32,000 nt of DNA from Parasynechococcus marenigrum WH 8102 (GCF_000195975.1 NC_005070.1:780001-812000); one strand, 5' to 3'. Shown: positions 8,855 through 19,637, counted from the first letter of the stretch. Notes: generated from the sequence alone by a model not told the origin. Translations and numbers: made by a program.

Positions 8855-8970
8855 CGACGTGCTGCGTGTCCCCAAAGCCTATGGGGCGACTCGTGTAACT
8901 CCCGATCGCGAATCTTCGCGTCCAAGCGGCGACTCGCCGTAAGGTTCTTCACATTGCTCAAGACGCGCAG

Positions 8971-11900
8971 ATGTTCACACAGGTCCGCTCCGCCGATCGC
9001 CGCGTTGCTCCTGTAGAGGGACAGAGCCACAAGTCCGTGATGAAGGCGGTTTATGTGGTGCTTGAGCCCCAGTACCAGAACGCGCTGACTCAGGCGGCAA
9101 CAGCTCTCAATGCGTCCGGCAGTGAACTTGGAATCGAGCTGAGCGGCTATTTGATCGAAGAGCTCCGTGACGAGGAGAACTACGCCGGTTTCTGTGAGGA
9201 CGTGGCACAGGCGGATGTGTTCGTCGCCTCGTTGATCTTCATCGAAGATCTGGCACAGAAGGTGGTGGATGCCGTTGCACCCCATCGCGACCGGCTCAAA
9301 GCGGCAGTTGTGTTCCCCTCCATGCCGGAGGTGATGCGTCTGAACAAGCTCGGCAGCTTTTCCATGGCTCAGTTGGGCCAGAGCAAGAGCGCGATCGCCG
9401 GTTTCATGAAAAAGCGGAAGGAGGCCGGTGGTGCTGGTTTCCAGGACGCCATGCTCAAGCTTCTGAACACGCTTCCGACTGTTCTCAAGTACCTGCCGGT
9501 TGAGAAGGCGCAGGATGCCCGCAGTTTCATGCTCAGCTTCCAGTACTGGCTCGGGGGAACGCCAGACAACCTGAAGAACTTCCTGCTGATGCTGGCGGAC
9601 AAGTACGTCTTCCCTCCTGCAGAAGGCGAGGAGCGTCCAGCGATGGAGGTTGCCGAGCCTGAAGTGTTCCCGGATCTGGGGATCTGGCACCCCTTGGCTC
9701 CCATGATGTTTGAGGACCTCAAGGAGTACCTCAACTGGACCGCCAGCCGCACCGATCTCTCCGAAGAAGCCCGCAAAGGTCCGGTGATCGGTTTAGTGCT
9801 GCAGCGCAGCCACATCGTCACCGGTGATGACGCCCATTACGTGGCCACAATTCAGGAGCTGGAATTCCGCGGTGCCCGCGTGATTCCGATCTTCTGCGGC
9901 GGCCTGGACTTCTCCAAGCCCGTCAACGCCTTCTTCTACGACCCGCTCAACCCTGAGCAGCCTCTGGTGGATGGCATCGTTTCCCTGACGGGCTTTGCAC
10001 TGGTGGGTGGCCCGGCCCGACAGGATCATCCCAAGGCGATCGAGTCGCTGAAGAAGCTCAACCGCCCTTACATGGTGGCTTTGCCTCTTGTCTTTCAGAC
10101 CACCCAGGAATGGGAAGACAGCGACCTGGGTCTGCACCCAGTTCAGGTTGCACTTCAGATCGCCATCCCTGAGCTCGATGGTGCGATCGAACCCATCGTG
10201 CTCTCAGGCCGTGATGACGCCACAGGTAAGGCACACACCCTGCAGGACCGAGTGGATGCCATCGCAGAGCGCGCCATCCGCTGGTCGTCCCTGCGGATCA
10301 AGCCCCGCATCGACAAGAAGCTGGCGATCACCGTGTTCAGCTTCCCGCCGGACAAAGGCAATGTCGGCACAGCGGCTTACCTCGATGTTTTCGGCTCCAT
10401 CCATCGGGTGATGGAGGAGATGAAGGCCAAGGGCTACGACGTTCAAGGTCTGCCCTCCACACCAAGAGCTTTGCTCGAGGCTGTCATCAACGACGCCGAT
10501 GCCATGCAGGGAGCCCCCGAGCTCTCGATCGCACACCGTATGAGCGTGGAGGAGTACGAGCGCCTGACGCCTTACTCCGAACGACTGGAAGAGAACTGGG
10601 GCAAGCCCCCCGGCAACCTCAACAGCGATGGCCAGAACCTGCTGGTGTTTGGTCGCCATTTCGGCAACGTCTTTGTTGGCGTTCAACCCACCTTCGGCTA
10701 CGAAGGCGACCCAATGCGCCTGCTCTATTCCCGTAGTGCAAGCCCCCACCACGGTTTTGCCGCTTACTACACCTATTTGCAGAAGATCTGGAAGGCTGAC
10801 GCGGTGCTGCACTTCGGCACTCACGGCTCCCTCGAGTTCATGCCCGGTAAGCAGATGGGGATGAGCGAAACCTGCTATCCCGATTCACTGATCGGTGCAC
10901 TGCCCAACCTCTATTACTACGCCGCCAACAACCCCTCCGAGGCCACCATTGCCAAGCGGCGTGGTTATGCCTCAACCATCAGCTACCTCACCCCTCCGGC
11001 CGAAAACGCAGGCCTCTATCGAGGTTTGAAGGAACTGGGTGAGCTGGTGGGCTCCTACCAGCAGCTGCGCGAAGGTGGCCGCGGCATTCAGATTGTCAAC
11101 ACGATCATCGAGACGGCACGTCAGTGCAATCTCGATAAGGACGTCGATCTTCCTGAGGATGATGCTTCGACCCTTGAACTAGACGGACGTGATGCCCTGG
11201 TGGGTGCCGTTTACCGCCAGTTGATGGAGATCGAAAGTCGACTGCTTCCTTGCGGTCTGCACACCATCGGCAAACCACCAACAGCTGAAGAAGCTGTTGC
11301 CACCCTTGTGAACATCGCTGCTCTTGAGCGCGAAGAAGATGGCCTGCGCTCACTTCCCGGCCTGTTGGCTGAGGCCATGGGTCGTTCCATTGAAGACATC
11401 TACAAAGGCAATGACTACGGTGTGCTCGCCGATGTGGAGCTGAACCGCACGATCACGGAGACATCCAGGGCCGCCATCGGCGCCATGGTTCGCTCCCTGA
11501 CCGGCCTTGATGGTCGCGTCAGCATGCGAAACAGCTTCGGTTGGTTCTACGACCTGCTGGCGAAGTTCGGACTCAAGCTCCCTTCTCCCTGGCTGCGGGC
11601 CTGTTGCGGGGCTGGTTTTGTCCAGATTGATGCCACTGAACTCGACAAACTGTTTGCCTATCTGCGCTTCTGTTTGGAGCAGGTGTGTGCCGATATGGAA
11701 ATGGAGAGTCTGCTCAAGGCTCTTGACGGTGACTACATCCTCCCGGGGCCCGGTGGTGATCCGATCCGTAATCCTGGCGTCCTGCCCAGCGGCAAGAACA
11801 TTCACGCCCTGGACCCCCAGGCCATTCCGACCAGGGCTGCTGTCGCCGCAGCGAAGAGTGTTGTTGACAAGTTGATTGAGCGTCAGCGCGAGGAGCAGGG

Positions 11901-12981
11901 CACCTGGCCCGAAACGATTGCCTGCGTGCTCTGGGGCACGGACAACATCAAGACTTACGGCGAATCCCTGGCTCAGATCCTTTGGTTCGTCGGTGTCAAG
12001 CCGATGCCTGATTCCGTGGGTCGGGTGAACAAGCTTGAGCTGATTCCCCTGGAAGAGCTGGGTCGCCCCCGGGTGGATGTGGTGGTGAACTGCTCCGGTG
12101 TATTCCGTGATCTGTTCATCAACCAGATGGCTTTGATTGATCAGGCCGTGAAAATGGCGGCCGAGGCGGATGAGCCCCTCGAGCTGAATTTCGTGCGCAA
12201 GCACGCTCTGGAGCAGGCAGAGAAAGAGGGCACCTCCCTTCGGGATGCCGCCTGCCGCGTGTTCTCCAATGCCAGCGGCAGCTACAGCTCCAACGTGAAC
12301 CTGGCGGTGGAGAACAGCACCTGGGAGGAAGAGGGCGAGCTTCAGGAGATGTATCTCTCCCGCAAGACCTTTGCCTTCAATGCTGATAACCCTGGTGAGA
12401 TGAACCAGAAGCGTGAGGTGTTCGAGAACGTGATGAAGACGGCGGATGTCACCTTCCAGAACCTCGACTCCGCGGAGATCTCCCTCACGGATGTCAGTCA
12501 CTACTTTGACTCCGACCCCACCAAACTGATCGCCGGCCTGCGGGATGACGGCAAAGCTCCCACCAGCTACATCGCTGACACCACGACGGCCAACGCGCAG
12601 GTTCGTTCGCTGAGTGAAACGATTCGCCTGGATTCACGCACCAAGTTGCTGAATCCCAAGTGGTACGAGGGCATGCTCGACTCTGGTTATGAAGGTGTGC
12701 GTGAAGTGGCAAAGCGCCTCAACTTCACCCTTGGCTGGAGTGCCACCAGTGGTGCCGTGGACAACTTCGTGTACGAGGAAGCCAATGACACCTTCATCAA
12801 TGATCCGGAGATGCGCAAACGCCTCCTGGAACTGAATCCCAACAGCTTCCGTCAGATCGTTGGAACTCTGCTGGAGGTTCATGGCCGTGGCTATTGGGAG
12901 ACGTCCGATGAGAACATCGAACAACTCCAGGAGCTGTACCAAGAGGTTGAGGATCGCATTGAAGGCGTCGTTACTGACTGA
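8971..12981 (+). CDS. chlH: Magnesium chelatase subunit H
   Basis: 1336-aa CobN/Mg-chelatase protein of ChlH length. N-terminus [17 protein letters not shown]...[14 protein letters not shown] is typical of cyanobacterial ChlH. Confidence 0.97.
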   Translation: MFTQVRSADRRVAPVEGQSHKSVMKAVYVVLEPQYQNALTQAATALNASGSELGIELSGYLIEELRDEENYAGFCEDVAQADVFVASLIFIEDLAQKVVDAVAPHRDRLKAAVVFPSMPEVMRLNKLGSFSMAQLGQSKSAIAGFMKKRKEAGGAGFQDAMLKLLNTLPTVLKYLPVEKAQDARSFMLSFQYWLGGTPDNLKNFLLMLADKYVFPPAEGEERPAMEVAEPEVFPDLGIWHPLAPMMFEDLKEYLNWTASRTDLSEEARKGPVIGLVLQRSHIVTGDDAHYVATIQELEFRGARVIPIFCGGLDFSKPVNAFFYDPLNPEQPLVDGIVSLTGFALVGGPARQDHPKAIESLKKLNRPYMVALPLVFQTTQEWEDSDLGLHPVQVALQIAIPELDGAIEPIVLSGRDDATGKAHTLQDRVDAIAERAIRWSSLRIKPRIDKKLAITVFSFPPDKGNVGTAAYLDVFGSIHRVMEEMKAKGYDVQGLPSTPRALLEAVINDADAMQGAPELSIAHRMSVEEYERLTPYSERLEENWGKPPGNLNSDGQNLLVFGRHFGNVFVGVQPTFGYEGDPMRLLYSRSASPHHGFAAYYTYLQKIWKADAVLHFGTHGSLEFMPGKQMGMSETCYPDSLIGALPNLYYYAANNPSEATIAKRRGYASTISYLTPPAENAGLYRGLKELGELVGSYQQLREGGRGIQIVNTIIETARQCNLDKDVDLPEDDASTLELDGRDALVGAVYRQLMEIESRLLPCGLHTIGKPPTAEEAVATLVNIAALEREEDGLRSLPGLLAEAMGRSIEDIYKGNDYGVLADVELNRTITETSRAAIGAMVRSLTGLDGRVSMRNSFGWFYDLLAKFGLKLPSPWLRACCGAGFVQIDATELDKLFAYLRFCLEQVCADMEMESLLKALDGDYILPGPGGDPIRNPGVLPSGKNIHALDPQAIPTRAAVAAAKSVVDKLIERQREEQGTWPETIACVLWGTDNIKTYGESLAQILWFVGVKPMPDSVGRVNKLELIPLEELGRPRVDVVVNCSGVFRDLFINQMALIDQAVKMAAEADEPLELNFVRKHALEQAEKEGTSLRDAACRVFSNASGSYSSNVNLAVENSTWEEEGELQEMYLSRKTFAFNADNPGEMNQKREVFENVMKTADVTFQNLDSAEISLTDVSHYFDSDPTKLIAGLRDDGKAPTSYIADTTTANAQVRSLSETIRLDSRTKLLNPKWYEGMLDSGYEGVREVAKRLNFTLGWSATSGAVDNFVYEEANDTFINDPEMRKRLLELNPNSFRQIVGTLLEVHGRGYWETSDENIEQLQELYQEVEDRIEGVVTD

Positions 12982-12991
12982 TCTCTCTGCT

Positions 12992-13969
12992 TCAGTTGGC
13001 TGGAAATCGGCCAGCTGAAGCATCCTGATTGATGGTTTGGGATTGAAATGAAATCCCTGCCATTCGTTCGTAGTCGCTGAGACGACGACTTGTTCCAAGT
13101 CCATAATCATCCAAACTTTCGATGTCCTCCGGGGTTGGGTTTAGATTGGCAGGAGCAATCGATAGGCTGCCCAACAGCTTGTGAACCCGAACCAGTGATC
13201 GTCGGTTCAGTTGAAACCAGTCTTGGTGATCGCTCCAGTGAGTGGCAGATGTATCGCCATCTCCACTAGAACTTTTGTATAAGTGAAACAGCAGCAATCG
13301 ATTTGGGCAGTAGAGATTGTATCCGTGGGTCCACAGTCTGGCCGACATGGAGATTTCTTCGCCGTAGAAATAGAGTTCCGGGTCATAGGGAACATTCTCA
13401 ACAATTTCTCCGGGGCCGAACAGAAACCCACCGGCCACAAACGCATTCGGCAGTGGTTTCTCGGGTTGTTGTTCCGGCATTCGATATCGGCTGATGCCTT
13501 GAAATTTGAGGATGCCGTAGTTGTCAAAGGCCTTGGCCGCCATCACCGGCAAGGTGCTGGTCTGCAGTTGGCATGGTTGCTGGAAGCCATTGGGATACAC
13601 GCTCAAGACAGCTTCTGTGTCGTTGCAATCCCTCCACGTTTGCAACAAGAAATCATCCCAGTCCTGGACAGCACGCATGTGGCTGTCAATCTGCAGCAGA
13701 AAGTCCTCACCGTTGTAGAACCCTTGAGCCTGGCTGCGTGCCCAGCAAGCACCACGACTGTCTGCTGCGGCAACATCCTTGATCTGCAGATGGGCGTGAT
13801 CAGGGAAGGATTGCTCGCCCCAGCTCAGGGGATCTGATGCATCCAATTGCAGGCAAATGCCGAATTTCAGTCGCTCGGGATAAGCGGCCTGCTCGAGCAG
13901 ATTGTTGAGTGTTGCGGCGAGATCCGGGTCTCGATAAGCAGCGATCTGAACGAAGATTGTGCTGGTCAC
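12992..13969 (-). CDS. Glycosyltransferase, GlcNAc-transferase-like family
   Basis: IFVQIAAYRDPDLAATLNNLLEQAAYPERLKFGICLQ...LLQIDSHMR matches my memory of the 'Glycosyltransferase (GlcNAc)' family. Start set to GTG 13969..13967, which overlaps the folP stop as GTGA. The longer ORF to 14080 would run 115 nt into folP. Confidence 0.7.
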   Translation of the reverse strand: MTSTIFVQIAAYRDPDLAATLNNLLEQAAYPERLKFGICLQLDASDPLSWGEQSFPDHAHLQIKDVAAADSRGACWARSQAQGFYNGEDFLLQIDSHMRAVQDWDDFLLQTWRDCNDTEAVLSVYPNGFQQPCQLQTSTLPVMAAKAFDNYGILKFQGISRYRMPEQQPEKPLPNAFVAGGFLFGPGEIVENVPYDPELYFYGEEISMSARLWTHGYNLYCPNRLLLFHLYKSSSGDGDTSATHWSDHQDWFQLNRRSLVRVHKLLGSLSIAPANLNPTPEDIESLDDYGLGTSRRLSDYERMAGISFQSQTINQDASAGRFPAN

Positions 13970-14790
13970 CAGAGGGCTGACGCCATTCGCAAAGTCTGCG
14001 CGATCGGACCAACGTCGTGAACCCTCACCAGTGCAACACCGGCCTGGGCGCAACGACAGGCCACCGCCGCTGTTCCCCATAGGCGCGCCTTAGGTCTGGG
14101 TTCATCCAATACCGCTCCGATGAATCGTTTGCGTGACGGTCCAATGAGAAGTGGTCTGGGTCCACAGGTGAGCTGCTCAAGATCCTTCAGCAATTTCAGA
14201 TTCTGCTCATGGGTTTTGGCGAAGCCGAGGCCGGGATCCCAGATGATCTGATCCTCCCTGACCCCAGCGGTGACCGCCGAATCCGTCCGTTCCAGGAGTC
14301 CACTCTTCACCTCCTGAATCAGATCGCTGTAGTCGGTGAGGTCGTCCATCGTTTGACTGTTGCCGCGGCTGTGCATCAGCACCACCGGGCAGCCGGCATC
14401 GGCCACCACCCGCAGCAGCTCTGGATCCCTCCGGCCTCCGCTCACATCGTTGATCCAGCTGGCGCCGGCTTCCAGCGCTGCCGTCGCCACGGGTGCCAGG
14501 AAGGTGTCCACCGAGATCACCACCTCAGGCCATTGCTTGCGCACGGCGGCAAGCACCGGCAGCAAGCGTCGGCATTCCTCCTCAGCACCCACCTCTATGG
14601 CACCGGGACGAGTGCTCTGGGCCCCGAGATCCAGGACATCAGCCCCTTGTTGCAATTGCCGTTTCGCTTCCTGGACTGCCGCCTCAACCTTGATGAAACG
14701 ACCGCCATCACTGAAGGAGTCTGGTGTGATGTTGATCACCCCCATCACGGCGGTGCGTTGCAGCCAGCCTTCAGGCCAGTGGTGACTCAC
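13966..14790 (-). CDS. folP: Dihydropteroate synthase
   Basis: VMGVINITPDSFSDGGRF...DVLDLGAQSTRPG...INDVSGG...DPGLGFAKT. Start placed at in-frame GTG 14790, 1 nt after the tpiA stop. ATG 14745 is the alternative. Confidence 0.9.
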   Translation of the reverse strand: MSHHWPEGWLQRTAVMGVINITPDSFSDGGRFIKVEAAVQEAKRQLQQGADVLDLGAQSTRPGAIEVGAEEECRRLLPVLAAVRKQWPEVVISVDTFLAPVATAALEAGASWINDVSGGRRDPELLRVVADAGCPVVLMHSRGNSQTMDDLTDYSDLIQEVKSGLLERTDSAVTAGVREDQIIWDPGLGFAKTHEQNLKLLKDLEQLTCGPRPLLIGPSRKRFIGAVLDEPRPKARLWGTAAVACRCAQAGVALVRVHDVGPIAQTLRMASALW

Positions 14791-14791
14791 A

Positions 14792-15523
14792 TCAAATGGC
14801 CTGGTAGTTGGCAATCCGGGCGAAACTGTCGGGTTTGAGCGATGCACCACCGACCAAGACGCCGTCGATATCACTCATGGCCATGAGTTCATCGATGTTG
14901 GTGGGCTTCACGGATCCGCCGTACTGAATGATCAGATCGGTGGCTCCCACCCAGCTTCGGATCAGTCCGCAGATCCTGTTGGCTTCGGCTGCTTCGCAGG
15001 TTTTACCCGTGCCGATGGCCCAGATCGGTTCATAGGCCACAACAAGTTTGTTGGCGTCCAACCCTTCAAGTCCCTGCTCGATCTGTCGGCGGATCACCCG
15101 CTCCGCTTCACCCCGTTCGCGCTGCTCATCACTTTCTCCAACACAGACGATGGGGATCAACCCCTTGGCCTGGGAGCAGCGGGCCCTGTGGTTGATCTGC
15201 TCATCACTTTCGCTGAAGTATTTGCGGGGCTCGCTGTGCCCAACGATTGTGTATGCAACGCCGTGCTCTAACAGCATCTCGGCCGAAATTTCGGCTGTGA
15301 ATGCACCATGGTCCTGCCAATGGACGTTCTGACTGGCGAGTCCCACAACGGAGTGTTCAGCTGCTGCCGCCATGGTGGAGAGCGCAGTGAAGGGCGGAGC
15401 CAGGACGATCTCGCGGTCCTGGGGGGCACGTTCAATTTGCGGAAGGAATGCTGCCATGTAATCCCTGGCCTGGGCACAGGTCATGTGCATCTTCCAGTTG
15501 CCAGCAATCACCGGTCTACGCAC
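14792..15523 (-). CDS. tpiA: Triosephosphate isomerase
   Basis: [14 protein letters not shown]...VGHSERR-type [10 protein letters not shown]...[13 protein letters not shown]...YGGSVKP. GTG start at 15523. Confidence 0.95.
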   Translation of the reverse strand: MRRPVIAGNWKMHMTCAQARDYMAAFLPQIERAPQDREIVLAPPFTALSTMAAAAEHSVVGLASQNVHWQDHGAFTAEISAEMLLEHGVAYTIVGHSEPRKYFSESDEQINHRARCSQAKGLIPIVCVGESDEQRERGEAERVIRRQIEQGLEGLDANKLVVAYEPIWAIGTGKTCEAAEANRICGLIRSWVGATDLIIQYGGSVKPTNIDELMAMSDIDGVLVGGASLKPDSFARIANYQAI

Positions 15524-15555
15524 GCCTTCAATCCTTGACTGATCTGCGGGCCAAC

Positions 15556-15753
15556 TTACGGCGTAGACGAAGAATCCTGTTCAACCACGGACTCCTCGTT
15601 GTCGAGCACAACGTGATCCCCTGCCACGAGCTGCCGGCCACGACGGGTCTCCACCGCACCGTTGACCCGGACGTCTCCCATCTGGATCCGCTGTTTGGCT
15701 TCTCCGCCGGTGAAGACCCAGCCCTTCCACTTGAGGTACTGATCCAGCTTCAT
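15556..15753 (-). CDS. S4-domain RNA-binding protein (YbcJ-like)
   Basis: [50 protein letters not shown]. Start trimmed to ATG 15753, because the longer ORF would overlap the divergent ABC transporter start. Confidence 0.7.
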   Translation of the reverse strand: MKLDQYLKWKGWVFTGGEAKQRIQMGDVRVNGAVETRRGRQLVAGDHVVLDNEESVVEQDSSSTP

Positions 15754-15793
15754 CTGCAGGAAACGAACAACAAGGCATTGATACTGTGCCGCC

Positions 15794-17539
15794 ATGCTCA
15801 ACGCATCCAAGGCCGGCTTCCGGCGCCTCCTTCCGCTGTTGCGACCACACCTCCGTCAGCTGATGACGGGTGGTCTGTGCATGGTGGTTTATGTCGGCAG
15901 CTTTCCAGTTTTGGTCAGTCTGGCGGGAGAGTTGTTCCCTGCGCTCGGCTCAAAGGACCTCAGCCGCGTCCTGCAGTTGATTGCCCAGGCAGTGCTGATC
16001 TTTGCTGTTCAAAAGCTGGCTCAGTTCGGCCAGGACTCGCTGCTGGCGGAGCCAGCGTTGCTCGTGAGTCAGCGTCTGCGCAGAGAACTGTTCAGCACTC
16101 TTCAACGTGTTGAGCTCGGTGCTTTGGAAAAGCTCTCAGCGGGCGATCTGACCTACCGCTTAACAGAGGATGCTGATCGCGTCAGTGAGGTGCTCTACAA
16201 GACGATCCACGACACCGTCCCCAGCGTGCTGCAACTCCTGGTGGTGCTGGGGACCATGCTCTGGCTTGACTGGAAGCTCACCATTGCCATCCTTTTGCTG
16301 GCGCCGGTGATCGTTTGGTTGATCAGCCTTTTCGGTGCGCAGGTGATGCGGGCTACCGAGCGGAGTCAGAAAAAGGTAAGCGAGCTGGCAGGGCTTCTCG
16401 GTGAGGCGATCGAGGGCTTGCCTCTGGTGCGAGCCTTTGCGGCGGAACCCTGGTTGCAGGATCGCTTCGAACAGGAAATCTCCCAGCACCGTCAAGCTCG
16501 TCAGCGCACCTACTTGCTGGTGGCTTTGCAGCACCCTGTGGTGGGGATCATTGAGGTGATCGGTTTATTTGCTGTTCTTGGGCTAGCTGCCTGGAGGATT
16601 GAAAGCGGAGATCTGACGATCCCCGGTCTCAGCAGCTATCTCACCGGTTTGATCGTGCTGATCGATCCAATCGCTCATGTCACGAACAACTTCAATGAGT
16701 TTCAGCAGGGCCAGGCCTCTTTGCGGCGCTTGCGCGAAATTGAGCAGGAGCCACTTGAGCCCAGCGATCCGGCTGACTCCGTATCGCTTGGGGACGTAAA
16801 AGGCGCCCTAAGCCTTGAGTCACTGAGTTTCCACTACGTTAAGGGTCAGACTGTTCTTGATCGTCTAGACCTTCAGGTGCCGGCTGGTTCAGTGCTGGCG
16901 GTTGTGGGGCCTTCCGGTGCTGGTAAAAGCACCCTGTTCTCCTTGCTGTTGCGTTTCAACACTGCACAACAGGGAAGTATTTTGCTTGATGGTGTTGACA
17001 TCAGCTCCATGCGATCCCGGGAGCTGCGTCAACGGGTGGCTCTGGTTCCCCAGCGAACAACTGTTTTCTCCGGATCGATCGCTGAAGCCATTCGCTTTGG
17101 ACGTCGTGCCACCCATGAACAGATGGTCAGTGCTGCCCGGCTGGCCAACGCCGATGATTTTATTCAGGCGCTTCCTGATGGCTACAACACGAAGTTGGAG
17201 GAGCGTGGAAGCAATCTCTCCGGAGGCCAGCTGCAGCGCATTGCGATTGCCCGAGCGGTCCTGGGCGATCCTGCAATCTTGCTCCTGGATGAAGCAACAA
17301 GTGCACTGGATGCTGAGGCGGAGGCGGCTGTGCAACTAGGCCTCAATCGGGCCATGGCGGATCGCACGGTGATTGTGATTGCCCATCGCCTTGCCACGGT
17401 TCAGGAGGCTGACAAGATCGTTGTCCTGGAGCATGGGCGGATCGTCGAGTTGGGATCCCATGCAGAGCTCATGAACGCCTATGGCCGTTATCGTGATCTT
17501 TGTGAACGCCAAATCATTCGCGGAGTTGAGGTCACTTGA
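15794..17539 (+). CDS. ABC exporter, fused permease/ATPase (MsbA-like type I exporter)
   Basis: N-terminal 6-TM-type domain. Walker A GPSGAGKST, signature LSGGQLQRIAIARA, Walker B ILLLDEATSALD, H-loop VIAHRL. Confidence 0.9.
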   Translation: MLNASKAGFRRLLPLLRPHLRQLMTGGLCMVVYVGSFPVLVSLAGELFPALGSKDLSRVLQLIAQAVLIFAVQKLAQFGQDSLLAEPALLVSQRLRRELFSTLQRVELGALEKLSAGDLTYRLTEDADRVSEVLYKTIHDTVPSVLQLLVVLGTMLWLDWKLTIAILLLAPVIVWLISLFGAQVMRATERSQKKVSELAGLLGEAIEGLPLVRAFAAEPWLQDRFEQEISQHRQARQRTYLLVALQHPVVGIIEVIGLFAVLGLAAWRIESGDLTIPGLSSYLTGLIVLIDPIAHVTNNFNEFQQGQASLRRLREIEQEPLEPSDPADSVSLGDVKGALSLESLSFHYVKGQTVLDRLDLQVPAGSVLAVVGPSGAGKSTLFSLLLRFNTAQQGSILLDGVDISSMRSRELRQRVALVPQRTTVFSGSIAEAIRFGRRATHEQMVSAARLANADDFIQALPDGYNTKLEERGSNLSGGQLQRIAIARAVLGDPAILLLDEATSALDAEAEAAVQLGLNRAMADRTVIVIAHRLATVQEADKIVVLEHGRIVELGSHAELMNAYGRYRDLCERQIIRGVEVT

Positions 17540-17592
17540 CAGAATCCGTCCCTGATCAAAAAATCTCGAAGTCCTCAAATGATGGGGAGAAG

Positions 17593-17973
17593 ATGTCCAT
17601 AGTTCGTCAGTGGGAATACAAGGTTATTCATATCAATATGAATTCAGTTAAACAGGCGGATCTCCCGAAGCAGGCGAATCCAGAGGTGGCAAGCAAGAAG
17701 TTGCAAGGGTCATTAAGTCCGGACTTTATTCGGAAAGAGTTTCCTGGGATGTACAAAAACCCCGGACAACCGCAACAACCGCGCCATCCAGCGGAGCAGC
17801 TCCAGGATTTTTTGAATGCCATGGGTCGCGAAGCGTGGGAGCTCTTTGAGATCAGTGAAGTAGGCCCTCTGCAGATGTTTTTCTTCAAGCGTCCAAAGCC
17901 GCCGAAACCCCCAGTTAATTCTGAGGAGAACAAGCAGAACCAATCAAGTGACGAGGGCGAAAATCAGGGCTAG
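17593..17973 (+). CDS. Small protein with DUF4177-like ends (WEYKV...GREAWELFEI) and a Pro/Lys-rich acidic tail
   Basis: ATG 17593 is preceded by GGGGAGAAG. The track start at TTG 17536 overlaps the ABC gene stop. Low-GC coding region. Confidence 0.55.
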   Translation: MSIVRQWEYKVIHINMNSVKQADLPKQANPEVASKKLQGSLSPDFIRKEFPGMYKNPGQPQQPRHPAEQLQDFLNAMGREAWELFEISEVGPLQMFFFKRPKPPKPPVNSEENKQNQSSDEGENQG

Positions 17974-18005
17974 CCTTGCTGCGCGGATCCAACACTTCAG
18001 CGGTT

Positions 18006-18242
18006 ATGAGCAGCTCAGTCCAAAACGACAGCCCTGTCCTGACGTTCGAGGGTAAGCGTTATGACCTGAACACCCTTCCCGATGAACTCAAGGAGCTAGT
18101 GCGTGGAATGCAGGTCGCTGACGCTCAGTTGCGTATGCACGAAGACACACTCAAGGTTCTGGCAGTTGGTCGCCAAAGTCTTGCTATGCAGCTCAATGAA
18201 AAACTCGAGGACGTAACTCCTCTCCCAGAGGGTGAAGGTTGA
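18006..18242 (+). CDS. Small helical protein of unknown function (about 78 aa)
   Basis: MSSSVQNDSPVLTFEGKRYDLNTLPDELKELVRGMQVADAQLRMHEDTLKVLAVGRQSLAMQLNEKL. The pattern (ITxxGKxYxLxxLxDExKxL...) resembles a small DUF6447-like family from memory. Start chosen at ATG 18006, since the track start is TTG 17976. Confidence 0.5.
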   Translation: MSSSVQNDSPVLTFEGKRYDLNTLPDELKELVRGMQVADAQLRMHEDTLKVLAVGRQSLAMQLNEKLEDVTPLPEGEG

Positions 18243-18269
18243 TCGACCTTCGGTTTAAAAATGCAGATA

Positions 18270-18310
18270 CCAGTAACTACCGCTTCAACGATCGAAGCGG
18301 TAGTTACTGG
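18270..18310. terminator. Perfect 17-bp hairpin between convergent genes (bidirectional terminator candidate)
   Basis: CCAGTAACTACCGCTTC (18270-18286), loop aacgatc, GAAGCGGTAGTTACTGG (18294-18310). Followed by TTAGTTTG on the plus strand, and by ...GCATTTTTAAA on the minus strand. The right arm encodes the last codons of the minus-strand symporter. Confidence 0.6.
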
Positions 18311-19637
18311 TTAGTTTGATGACTGTTCCTGAAAGCAACAGCAGAGCTACCAAATTCGGCAACGCCATCAGGCCGTTCAGGGTGTCGGCGATTGACCACA
18401 CCACGCCGCGATCGCCAGCAACGGCTCCAATTACCACGACGGCAACCCAGACAAGACGAAAGGGCAATACGGCTTGTTCGCCGAACAGGAATGTCGTGCA
18501 ACGTTCTCCATAGAAACTCCATCCAAGGATGGTGGTGAAAGCAAACACCACCAGTCCAACCGTCACGACAGTTCCACTGCCAGGCAAGCCTGCGTTGAAA
18601 GCAGCGATGGAGAGATCAGCGCCGCTGAGTCGTTCTCCCGCTCCATTCATTAGTTCATGGGCCTTGGTGGTGATGATCACCAAGGCGGTCATTGTGCAGA
18701 TGATCAGGGTGTCAATGAAGGTGCCGAGCATGGCCACGGTTCCCTGCCGCACCGGATCGGTGGTTTTGGCTGCAGCATGAGCCATCGGTGCGCTTCCCAG
18801 GCCCGCTTCATTGGAGAAGATCCCGCGCTTGAAACCCATCAGAATGACCTGACCAAGGGCTCCACCGACGGCAGCCTCTCCGGTGAATGCATTGCCGACG
18901 ATCGTGGAGAAGGCTTCAGGCACGGCGCCAGCATTCAGCAGCAGTACGAGAAGACAGGCCCCGACATACAGAACGGACATCAGGGGAACGATGGCGGAAG
19001 CGGCCTGGGCGATGCGCTGGATCCCCCCGATGACAACGGCAAACACCATGGCCCCCAGCGCAATGCCGGTCACCAACTTGGGCACGCCGATCAGGCTCAG
19101 CGCCGAAGACACTTCAAAGGCCTGGACACCATTGCCGATGCCGAAGCCAGCCAACATGCCGAACAGGGCAAACAGCACAGCCATCCAGGCCCAGCGGCTG
19201 CCAAGGCCGTTGAGGATGTAATACATCGGGCCACCAACATGTTGTCCGTTGGCATCGGTGGTGCGGAAGCGAACCGCCAGCACCGCTTCGGCGTATTTGG
19301 TGGCGATACCGAACAGGGCGATGATCCACATCCAGAACACCGCACCGGGGCCACCAACGGCGATGGCACCCGCCACACCGGCGATGTTGCCTGTGCCAAT
19401 CGTTGCCGAAAGGGAGGTCATCAGCGCCTGAAACGGTGTGATCTCCCCGTCCGTTTCCTGATGAGCAGGGCGCAACATCATCGCGATGCCGTAGCCCAGC
19501 CGTCGCAACGGCATCAGCCGCAGGCCGAACATCAGAACCATGCCAGTCAGGGCAATCAGACTGACGGTGGGCCAACCCCACACCAGACCGTTGATCGGAT
19601 CGTTGATGGCCCGGATCGCTGTTTCGAGACCACCCAT
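18285..19637 (-). CDS. Alanine/glycine:cation symporter (AGCS family)
   Basis: 450-aa polytopic protein with the AGCS motifs TPFQALMTSLSATIGTGNIAGVAGAIAVGGPGAVFWMW and GIFSNEAGLGSAP. Confidence 0.9.
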   Translation of the reverse strand: MGGLETAIRAINDPINGLVWGWPTVSLIALTGMVLMFGLRLMPLRRLGYGIAMMLRPAHQETDGEITPFQALMTSLSATIGTGNIAGVAGAIAVGGPGAVFWMWIIALFGIATKYAEAVLAVRFRTTDANGQHVGGPMYYILNGLGSRWAWMAVLFALFGMLAGFGIGNGVQAFEVSSALSLIGVPKLVTGIALGAMVFAVVIGGIQRIAQAASAIVPLMSVLYVGACLLVLLLNAGAVPEAFSTIVGNAFTGEAAVGGALGQVILMGFKRGIFSNEAGLGSAPMAHAAAKTTDPVRQGTVAMLGTFIDTLIICTMTALVIITTKAHELMNGAGERLSGADLSIAAFNAGLPGSGTVVTVGLVVFAFTTILGWSFYGERCTTFLFGEQAVLPFRLVWVAVVVIGAVAGDRGVVWSIADTLNGLMALPNLVALLLLSGTVIKLTSNYRFDR

